IMG/VR virus record: IMGVR_UViG_3300001598_000045
Span: 1 to 64,000 of that record
Source of the DNA: a virus
Lineage: Duplodnaviria > Heunggongvirae > Uroviricota > Caudoviricetes
DNA length: 64,000 nt
Strand: one strand, 5' to 3'
Shown here piece after piece: positions 46,944-55,214 of the stretch. The translations under genes and the position numbers were made by a program. Within the stretch, counting starts at the first letter, position 1. Each line of letters begins with the position of its first letter. Under the pieces are notes generated by a model. That model did no database searches. It had not been told where the DNA came from and worked only from the letters and a program-made list of their open reading frames with translations.

Positions 46944-47083
46944 TATCTTCTTCTGCCCTGTTTTCGTCGTTTTGTATTCCTCTACTAAATCATATAACTT
47001 GTGACAGATATTTCCTAGTTCTTGTTCAACTAAAACACCTGCGATTTTACGATTACACTTATCTAATATATTTCTATATTAGC

Positions 47084-47171
47084 TAGACTATATTATCTCA
47101 TCTAGAGTTTCGCCTATAGTCTTTGAACTTTTTTTAAGTTGCTGATTTGATTTCTCATCTTTCCAGCATTT
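47084..47171 (-). ncRNA. group I intron catalytic core g (compact, no ORF)
   Basis: Minus-sense P AAATGCTGGAAAG, Q CAAATCAGCAAC, R GTTCAAAGACTATAGG, S GATAATATAGTCTAG. Confidence 0.55.
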
Positions 47172-47347
47172 AGTGAAATTTTATTACTACATATATAAAA
47201 TATAGTACTGTAGGGATTCATTACGACTTCAACACGGCGCTGCTTTCCTGACTCATCTACCATTATAGGCATTTCTTCATCCGGGGTTACAGCAGATATA
47301 ACACCTTTTCCTCCATCAAATTTATATTCTAATTTTGTATTAGAATT

Positions 47348-48381
47348 TAGACTGTATCTTTTTCAAATTGTACACAGTCGTTGAAAATTTTAATTTTTAT
47401 TTATTAATTTATATCCACTATCTTCTTCTGATAGTAATCTTTCTACATAATGTCTAGATCTATGTAATAATTTTGCACAATTAGTAATGCTCCTATATAT
47501 CGTTCCATCAGGGCCTATTATTTTATTTGATACATCAAAATTATCTACTTTATATTTAAATCCTTTTTCTGGATGAAATTTTAGCCAATTATATATAGTA
47601 CCTCTAGATACAGAATTATTTTTAGCACATTCATCCATCGTCCCATACTCTTTTCCATCTGGACCAATAATTTGACGCGCTGTTATTGAATTCGAGCCAG
47701 ATATTTTATCAATTGCCGATTGTTTTATCTTTATATTTTTTCTAGACTCACTTAATTTTTGTTTTTGTTCATCTGAAAATATAATTCCTTTTCTAGAATT
47801 TGACAATTTTTTCCTAGACTCTTCATTTAAAATATGACCTTTTCTTATCTTACTTAATAATTCTTTCGTTTCTTGTGAAGCTTTTTTTCCTTTATGAGAT
47901 TCAGATAATTTCTTTTTTGTCTCATCTGAATGTTTTCGATTAGTATTTAATTTACGTAAATAATCTATACTCTTCTCTCTCAATTCCTCTAATGATTTTA
48001 ATGAAACTCTATAAGGAATTTTATTACCATTTTCATCTAATTTATAGGTATTTTCTTTACGATCACTATGACTTGATTGAATCATTCGTAAATATGCATA
48101 TAACAGTTCATTACTGTCTGGATAAATAAATGTTAATAAATGATGCGCAATTATATGTTCTTTAAAAGTTAATAATACTAAATTATCTTTATTATCATTT
48201 CCACCTAAACATTTAGGAAGTATATGATGTTTATTTAATCCATCCCCTTTTCTCTTTATAACTCCTCTAAATTTACGTGATTCTACTAAATCGTCATATA
48301 CTTTTTTATAATTCATCTTTGCTATAATTAATAAATTTTATAAAATTTTGCTGATTCTATATTAATAGTTCCAGCAATTCT
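47348..48381 (-). mobile_element. group I intron core f carrying the HNH homing endonuclease ORF between the P/Q and R/S elements
   Basis: P/Q AGAATTGCTGGAACTATTAATATAGAATCAGCA at 48349-48381. R/S TTTCAACGACTGTGTA...AAAAGATACAGTCTAAA at 47348-47387, directly after the HNH stop. Confidence 0.6.
47390..48316 (-). CDS. HNH homing endonuclease with NUMOD3 and NUMOD1-like DNA-binding repeats
   Basis: HHILPKCLGGNDNKDNLVLLTFKEHIIAHH (HNH). Repeated KKLSESHKGK/RKKLSNSRKG (NUMOD3-like) and C-terminal GPDGKEYGTMDECAKNNSVSRGTIYNWL x2 (NUMOD1-like). Confidence 0.85.
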   Translation of the reverse strand: MNYKKVYDDLVESRKFRGVIKRKGDGLNKHHILPKCLGGNDNKDNLVLLTFKEHIIAHHLLTFIYPDSNELLYAYLRMIQSSHSDRKENTYKLDENGNKIPYRVSLKSLEELREKSIDYLRKLNTNRKHSDETKKKLSESHKGKKASQETKELLSKIRKGHILNEESRKKLSNSRKGIIFSDEQKQKLSESRKNIKIKQSAIDKISGSNSITARQIIGPDGKEYGTMDECAKNNSVSRGTIYNWLKFHPEKGFKYKVDNFDVSNKIIGPDGTIYRSITNCAKLLHRSRHYVERLLSEEDSGYKLINKN

Positions 48382-49467
48382 TAATCTATATAGACCTGGA
48401 TTATTTGATCTATTCGTAACTTTCGATCCTACCATAAGAGTAGTACGTTTTATCAATCTAACTCGTACGGTATAAACTACCTTATACTCATCTGGATTCA
48501 TAATAATTGGATCTAAAGTATCCGCAGCAATATACTCAGGAAATTTATCGTATATTACTTTTCTATTTTTATTATCATTATACTCTTTAATTACTTTTTC
48601 AGATTGTCTAGCAAAAGTAAAGTCAGGCATCTTTTCAGTTTTAGGTACTTTTGGTTTCTTCATTTCTTGAACCATAATATCAGAAACATAAGCCTCATCT
48701 ATATTGTTCGGTACTTTTAAATAATCCTCAACCGTATATTCTGTTAAATCCTTTCCTTCTTCACCAAATAATCCACCTAATTTTTCATTAAGAGCTCTAT
48801 TTATTTCATCTAATCTTACTGTTTTAAATAAAGTAACTACACTATCACCTGACTTAACTTGTGTGCCAATTGGAGCTAACCATTTTAATGATGCGCTATT
48901 CTTAACATTTATTTTTAAGTCAATAATACTATAGTGAGCCATTCTATTTGCATAAGATTCAGATACGACAAGTGCATCCTCATTTACTAAACCATGATGC
49001 GCTGAGAATAAAACTAACGTATTTAATCCCATCTTATATGTGTCTTTCTCTAAACCAACAGCTCCAGTAATCACATCGCCTTTTTTGACTTTCTGACCTA
49101 CTTTTACTTTTGGCTCAGTATAAACACAAACATCATTCATAGATTGTATTGCACTACGTCTTAATACATCTACCTCTGTCTTATCCGGTAACTCAATAAC
49201 AACTTTATCTTCATCTATTCGCTTTACTTTACCACTCTCATAAGCAAATTTTTCACTAAGAATATTGTTACTAAGCTCTTCATTATTACCAGTATCAACT
49301 AATGGTCTCTGTGCATTAACTAGAGGTATACTTTGTTTAAGCATTCCGGTGCCCATTGAGATTCGCACAGAGTCAGTACTAGAGATAAAAGGTATTCTTC
49401 TAGTTGTTTCAGAAAGACGGTAATCTGGGTGTAAATCAATTAAATCAATTTCTTCTACAGGTACCAT
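48328..49467 (-). CDS. rpoB: RNA polymerase beta subunit, middle coding segment
   Basis: [40 protein letters not shown] aligns to bacterial beta DVHPTHYGR...[36 protein letters not shown] aligns to GDKMAGRHGNKG. The last roughly 20 codons run into intron core f. ATG at 49467; the ORF track lists a TTG at 49479. Confidence 0.8.
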   Translation of the reverse strand: [379 protein letters not shown]

Positions 49468-49720
49468 TTTTCTTTTCAATCTATACTTTACTTCTACCTC
49501 ACCATTCTCATTGGGCTTTAATTTCTTTTCTTTATAATCAACAAACTCTGATGCACAAACTTTTAAATTAAGATAATCTAAATATTGTATTGTTATCTTA
49601 TTAAATTCTTTGTCATATACATCAAATAATATTCCATCATCAGTAATATGTGCCGATACTGTTAATGAGTTTTGAATATTTGTGTTTTGATTGCATTATT
49701 AGATATACTTAAAATATATC

Positions 49721-49837
49721 TTAGGACTATATCACTCTAAAATTATATTAGATTATATACATAGTCTCTGAATATAAAATATTTATTAAAGATATTTATA
49801 CTGCTGATTACTATTAAATTTAGTTTCCAGCATTTTT
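49721..49837 (-). ncRNA. group I intron catalytic core e
   Basis: Minus-sense P AAATGCTGGAAAC, Q TAATCAGCAGTA, R TTCAGAGACTATG, S AGAGTGATATAGTCCTAAG. Confidence 0.55.
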
Positions 49838-49919
49838 ATATAATTTTCCATTTATTTCAATGGCGACCAATTAAAATCGGAGTCATTTATTCAAGATATG
49901 TCAAATCTAAATATCTTGA

Positions 49920-50027
49920 TAGACTGTATCTTTATTATCTTTGCACACAGTCTTTGTATGTAATTATCTATATATTAATTAAAATAATTACACTGCTGAT
50001 TCTATATTAATAGTTCCAGCAATTCTC
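49920..50027 (-). ncRNA. group I intron catalytic core d
   Basis: Minus-sense P GAGAATTGCTGGAAC, Q GAATCAGCAGTG, R ACAAAGACTGTGTG, S AAAGATACAGTCTATC. The P/Q module is nearly identical over 37 nt to those of cores c and f. Confidence 0.55.
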
Positions 50028-50068
50028 AAAGTTCTTAGGAAATTTTAATTTCCTCGGACTACTCTTAT

Positions 50069-51031
50069 TTAATCCGCGAGATCTATAAGATCGCTCAAGC
50101 TTTCATTATATGCAGTTGTCTTTGGAATAGTTACTTTTGCTCCTAAACTTCCAAGGTTCATTGCATTTATTCCGGGTGGTACTTGCACATTAGAATCACC
50201 CGCAGTAGCTTCTTGTGTTCCTTTAAAGAATCTATATGAGAGACGAGTTATTGAAGTTATTTGATCCTGTAACTTACCTTGTTTCATGAAGTAATTTTGT
50301 ATTTGTTTACGAGCTCCATAGTAATTTCTTCTATTATTGCTCTTAAATATAAACTGCATAAAGCCGGTAGGAACAGAGTCAATAGTTTTATCAATAATTA
50401 AATCTCTTAATCTATCATCTCCAAAGGCTAGACATTCCTGAATAAGTTGAGTGGTAATATATTCTGGTTTATAGTCTAGATCTAATTTTATTTGAAACTT
50501 TTTACTTTGTCGTTCTGTAAGTTTCAATAATTCTTTCTTCTCCCCTGTAACAGTATCAATGTCGTCATATTTTATATCTATGGCTCTTTCTGAATATCCT
50601 GTTTCAAAGTTTGTTCTTTTTACTTTAAGAATCTTAGTTTTAATGTCATATCTTCTATCATAGTCAAAGTTAATAATATACTCACCTGAACCTGACATTT
50701 TAATACGACAATCATAATCTGGATTCAATTTATTAGTTGCGATACGATATGCACCCTCTATAATAAAAGCACCATCAATCTCTTTAGGTACTTCAAATTC
50801 AGATTCTAAAATTCCTGGATCATCATTTATAGTATACTCAATTTTAACTTTATGAGATGCAGTTAAACCATTCTCAATAAAATAAGATGCTGGTTTTTCT
50901 GGTTCTTCTACTATATGAAATTTTAGATCTGTTATTTTCTTTTTAGGATTATATTGATCTGCACTATTTAAAAATCTCGATACTAATATTTTAGCTCCAT
51001 GATTCTTAAAATATTCGTTAAAATTACTCAT
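50069..51031 (-). CDS. rpoB: RNA polymerase beta subunit, N-terminal coding segment
   Basis: GAFIIEGAYRIATNKL aligns to the bacterial beta block GTFVINGTERVIVSQL. ITSITRLS aligns to the region before fork loop 2. Confidence 0.8.
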   Translation of the reverse strand: MSNFNEYFKNHGAKILVSRFLNSADQYNPKKKITDLKFHIVEEPEKPASYFIENGLTASHKVKIEYTINDDPGILESEFEVPKEIDGAFIIEGAYRIATNKLNPDYDCRIKMSGSGEYIINFDYDRRYDIKTKILKVKRTNFETGYSERAIDIKYDDIDTVTGEKKELLKLTERQSKKFQIKLDLDYKPEYITTQLIQECLAFGDDRLRDLIIDKTIDSVPTGFMQFIFKSNNRRNYYGARKQIQNYFMKQGKLQDQITSITRLSYRFFKGTQEATAGDSNVQVPPGINAMNLGSLGAKVTIPKTTAYNESLSDLIDLAD

Positions 51032-51381
51032 TACAATAGTGTTTTAATATTTAATTGTTTATACTCACAATCTACCGTGTTAAAAAATTCTTCTATATCT
51101 TTTCTAATACTATCCTTTAAATCTCTAGCTTCTACATATTCACTCATTACCTTTTCACTTCTACATCTAAAAAATGCATCATAAGTAACTAAATAATTAT
51201 ATGTATCTTTTAACTGATATAATACTAACTTAACTGAGAATCTTTCATACTTATCTGGAATATTATCTTTCAAACTAGTATATAAAATATCTCTAGCCTT
51301 TATTACATCTGGATCTTTACTGTCTAATATATTATAGGGAATTTCATATGATAGCGTAATTTTAAAATAATGATCGTTCAT
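51031..51381 (-). CDS. hypothetical protein (possible small polymerase-associated subunit or downstream exon)
   Basis: 116-aa ORF between the beta' and beta genes. Confidence 0.4.
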   Translation of the reverse strand: MNDHYFKITLSYEIPYNILDSKDPDVIKARDILYTSLKDNIPDKYERFSVKLVLYQLKDTYNYLVTYDAFFRCRSEKVMSEYVEARDLKDSIRKDIEEFFNTVDCEYKQLNIKTLL

Positions 51382-51404
51382 ATTTATATCACCTTGTATA
51401 TGTA

Positions 51405-51656
51405 TTAAAAGTCCATATTCATCATGTTACCAGTTATATTTCTTACTGGTCTTGACTCTAACTGAACTTCTTTCTTTTCTGTAATTTCCTCTTTCTTCCT
51501 ATCATCCACAACAGGCATTTCCGGAGTATTTACAGTATTTTCATTTAAACTACCCGAAGACGATGAAGTAGAATAAACTACCTCACCATCTTTACGGATA
51601 ATAATATTGATATTTAATTCTCTCTCAAATCTTGGTAAATCAAATTCAATCTTCAT
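51405..51656 (-). CDS. hypothetical protein; candidate downstream exon following intron core c
   Basis: 83-aa ORF beginning about 75 nt after the S element of core c. Confidence 0.35.
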   Translation of the reverse strand: MKIEFDLPRFERELNINIIIRKDGEVVYSTSSSSGSLNENTVNTPEMPVVDDRKKEEITEKKEVQLESRPVRNITGNMMNMDF

Positions 51657-51739
51657 ATCTATTTTTCATCAAGTTTATCATTCATGAGCAAGCCCAAAAT
51701 TGTTTCCGTCCTTTAAAAAATATACATATCTGTATATTA

Positions 51740-51834
51740 TAGACTATATCTTTAAAATTCATACATAGTCTTTGAAAATAACATATATTTAAAGTTATTC
51801 TGCTGATTCTATATTAAATAGTTCCAGCAATTCC
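51740..51834 (-). ncRNA. group I intron catalytic core c
   Basis: Minus-sense P GGAATTGCTGGAAC, Q GAATCAGCAGAA, R TTCAAAGACTATG, S AAAGATATAGTCTATA. Begins 2 nt after the HNH-2 stop. Confidence 0.55.
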
Positions 51835-51846
51835 TAAAATTCTAAA

Positions 51847-52662
51847 TTAAATAATTTTCTTTCGTTTAGTCTTCTTGTAAAATTTAAAGCCTTTTTCTGG
51901 ATGTTTTTCTATCCAATAGACAATCGTACTATAACTTACTAAATATTTTTTTGCCATTTCTACTACTGAAAGTATTTCATTAGAGGGATCAATAACTAAA
52001 TCCAGATGCTCCCTTCTTTTTATACTTAAGCGTTTCTTTACTTCATCAGTATGATGTTTATTAAAAAATGGATTTGCTTCGCCAGTAAACTTACCTAGCC
52101 TACTTTTTGAAATCTTATCACAATGTTCTTTAGTAAATTTAGGTCTTTTACGATTTTTTAAAGACTTTCGTATTTTTTCTTTATGTTCTTCACTTAAATG
52201 TCCATTATAATTCCAATGTTTTTCTCCTAGCTCACGTTCACTCATTTTCTTTCTTGACTCTTCAGTATGTTTTCTATTATACATCGGATTATTTTCTCCA
52301 GATCTATCGATTTTAGATCTAGAATAAGCTTTTTCTCGTAATGTTGCAATTAGTTTTGAGTTCTTTAATGCAACGAATTTAACATCTTTCCCTCTATTTA
52401 ATGTTTTATCAAATTTTGTCAAAGCAAGAATTGAATATAATAACTTAGAGTTATCTGGGTAAATTTCAGATAATAGTATATGTGCTAAAAGATGTTCTCT
52501 AGCCGTTAATAGTACTTTATTATCAGCTGTATCTGGACCATTTAAACATTTTGGTACAATATGGTGAATTTCATAATACTCTCCTTTTAATTTTGATTTA
52601 TCTAAACCTCTTTTCTTTCTAGAATCCATTAAATCATCATATATTTTTTTATAATTCATTAT
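51847..52662 (-). CDS. HNH-NUMOD homing endonuclease 2 (in frame with the upstream beta' segment)
   Basis: MNYKKIYDDLMDSRKKRG...EIHHIVPKCLNGPDTADNKVLLTAREHLLAH. Its N-terminus is nearly identical to that of HNH-1. NUMOD3-like repeats and a C-terminal NUMOD1-like module. Confidence 0.8.
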   Translation of the reverse strand: MMNYKKIYDDLMDSRKKRGLDKSKLKGEYYEIHHIVPKCLNGPDTADNKVLLTAREHLLAHILLSEIYPDNSKLLYSILALTKFDKTLNRGKDVKFVALKNSKLIATLREKAYSRSKIDRSGENNPMYNRKHTEESRKKMSERELGEKHWNYNGHLSEEHKEKIRKSLKNRKRPKFTKEHCDKISKSRLGKFTGEANPFFNKHHTDEVKKRLSIKRREHLDLVIDPSNEILSVVEMAKKYLVSYSTIVYWIEKHPEKGFKFYKKTKRKKII

Positions 52663-54003
52663 ATAGTAATTTTTAATTTTATTTAATTTAGGACAACATT
52701 TAATTATCACATCACCAGAAAGATCTACATCTCCCTTAAGTGCTTTATCAACAATTTTAGAACTATAACCATAACTCAAAACAGTATAGAATGATTTTTT
52801 ATTTAACACAGATTGACCCGCACCTTGATATTGTATTTCCTCTAATTTATCTTTAGGTCCATAAGTTAATTTAGTTAAACCTACAAACAATAACTCAATA
52901 ATTTCTTCTGGAGTCGAATCTAAAGATGATAAACCAGTCTTCATATATCCATCATCAGTTAAAGTATACATCTGCTTACGGAAAATTAAATATATATCAT
53001 TTAGTCTCTTTGGTCCTAATACACTTGATACAGTTCTCATATTAACTACACCAGAACAAATCTTATCAAACTTATGAACCTGAGCACCATCTGGAAAATA
53101 ATACATACTTCTTGGATTATATTGATATTCTTGATTACCAATAAATACATGAATCTCTCCTTTATTATCTTCTGTATATTTAATTATACCATCATCATAT
53201 GCATAACAATCTGCTACATTAATTGTTTCTTTTTCAAAATATTTAGTTCCATTTCCACCTTTTGCATTCATTAAATTAATTAATGTATTTACTTTTACAA
53301 TAGGTGAACTAGTATTATATGCAACACAAATATTTTCTCCTTTTTCAAATTTTGTTTTTCCTAAAGTTACAAGATTATCTGGACGTGGATATTTTAATTC
53401 AGCGCCTCTAACTTTTAAATATATCCACTTTCCTTCTTCACTAAAAGTACATGGTTTATCTGCTACTAAATAACCAGATTTATCCAAAACTCTTTCATGA
53501 CCACCGTGTTTTAATCCTAATGCAGCTTGTGTAGTACCTTCTGTAAAACTTGTTGCAAAAGATAATCCAATAGCAGCTCCATCAGTAAAATCAGATACAC
53601 CTGGACGATGACCTATTAAATCAGGAGTCACTACATTCAAGTCACCTTTTACTTTTGTAACTATAGAACGAACAGGAACTAAATCATTTTCATCTCCTTT
53701 TGCTATCGGAGTATTAGGATAAACTTTTCCATTTGGTGCAGTTCTTCCTAATGCTTTATAACGAGGAATTAATAAACCTTCATTAGTCTTGTCTTCTCCT
53801 TCATGATAAACGAAATTATTTAATACGAAGGAAATTTGTCTTGTTAAATATCCCGAAGTAGGACATATATAGCCTTTAAAACTATATACGGAATTATAAT
53901 CTCTATAATTCATTAGACTATACCATGAGATAATAAATATATCCCTACAATATTTAGTCGTTGATCTTATTACTACATTACTACTCGGCTTTAATGTCTT
54001 CAT
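52663..54003 (-). CDS. rpoC: RNA polymerase beta' subunit, C-terminal coding segment (trigger-loop region)
   Basis: TSGYLTRQ aligns to bacterial NSGYLTRRL. GAAIGLSFATSFTEGTTQAALGLKHGG aligns to the trigger loop [36 protein letters not shown] aligns to TGLSSLVVLDS. The 5' roughly 40 codons may be intron. Confidence 0.75.
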
Positions 54004-54224
54004 TCTTTATCCCTGCGGCGGAATTCTTAAGCTCCTGATAATGATTTATTTGCTTTAATACTTCGCCGGCTGTAACTAGAATGGTAGTAATAGCCGATAA
54101 AACTTTCAATACATTTCCTAATTTCATAATAAGTTGCTGATTAATTGTTAAAAATTTTATATCTTTTTCACACTATTCCCAGCATTTTTCTGCTTTTTGA
54201 TAGTGATGCTCCAATTCTTCATAT
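54004..54224 (-). mobile_element. intervening sequence with a group I P/Q module and a divergent GC-rich candidate P7
   Basis: P/Q AAATGCTGGGAA...TTAATCAGCAAC at 54133-54187. Candidate P7 strands cagccggcg at 54064-54072 and cgccgcagg at 54013-54021. Confidence 0.4.
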
Positions 54225-55214
54225 TTAAACACCACCTTGCTTAATAGACTGTAATGATCTATTTTCTACACTATGTAATATCATGTCATGTTCTGCATAT
54301 GAACCTAACAATGATCCACGTGTAATAACTGGTTTTTCATCTATACCCGAAACAATCAATTGAGGCATGTTTAAGGCGGATATTGATGAAATTTTAACTC
54401 GTCCAGCTCGATTCAATTCATTCTTTAAATCTTCTGTAAATTTGCCTTCTATTTCTTTCTCGTATTTAGCATATTTATCAGTTAAGATTGCAAGTTTCTG
54501 TTGATCCGTTAATTCCTTCGAGTCAGCTACTTTACAAATTTCTTTATAAAGTTCTGTATTGGTATCTACATATAATGTCTTATAGTCAAATGTTACTACA
54601 CCTGCTAAAGTCACTACACGAAGAGCAAATATTTGTAATTCTCTTCTCTTCTCAACACCATCTTCTTGCCCATTTAAATAAGCTGATAACTTCGCTGCGG
54701 CTTTTGCATCAATTCGTTTAAATGGGTCTGATAAAATATGAAGATCTTCTAAGTCTGCATCCAATATTTTAGAAATTCTTATTCTACCATAACTTGTTGT
54801 TTTACTTTTATAGTTCACATTTCCAATTTTGCCTGTATATGTAATTGGAGTACCTATTTTTATTTTCTTATCAACCTCTACATCTTTTAATAATTGAACA
54901 TAATCTGTATAGAAATGTTTTGGATTCTCTAAGTCATCCTCATTTTCCAATACATATTCTGTTGCCACTGCTAAACCATTAAGAGTTTCATGATTAAATG
55001 GAAATATAGGCTTTCCACTTTTTTTATATACATTTACATAACGAGGCGACATTTTTTTATATGTATCCTCTGCAATTTCTTCTGGAACAAGCTGCAGGGC
55101 TACGGTATCGCCGTCAAAATCGGCATTTAATGGCTCACAAACTGCAATTGGATAGTGAATTGCATAATCGTCAACTAATCTTTGCTTCATACAGAATATT
55201 GAATATTCGTGCAA
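54225..55214 (-). CDS. rpoC: RNA polymerase beta' subunit, middle coding segment (catalytic NADFDGD)
   Basis: AIHYPIAVCEPLNADFDGDTVALQLVP aligns to bacterial [27 protein letters not shown]. Confidence 0.85.
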   Translation of the reverse strand: MHEYSIFCMKQRLVDDYAIHYPIAVCEPLNADFDGDTVALQLVPEEIAEDTYKKMSPRYVNVYKKSGKPIFPFNHETLNGLAVATEYVLENEDDLENPKHFYTDYVQLLKDVEVDKKIKIGTPITYTGKIGNVNYKSKTTSYGRIRISKILDADLEDLHILSDPFKRIDAKAAAKLSAYLNGQEDGVEKRRELQIFALRVVTLAGVVTFDYKTLYVDTNTELYKEICKVADSKELTDQQKLAILTDKYAKYEKEIEGKFTEDLKNELNRAGRVKISSISALNMPQLIVSGIDEKPVITRGSLLGSYAEHDMILHSVENRSLQSIKQGGV

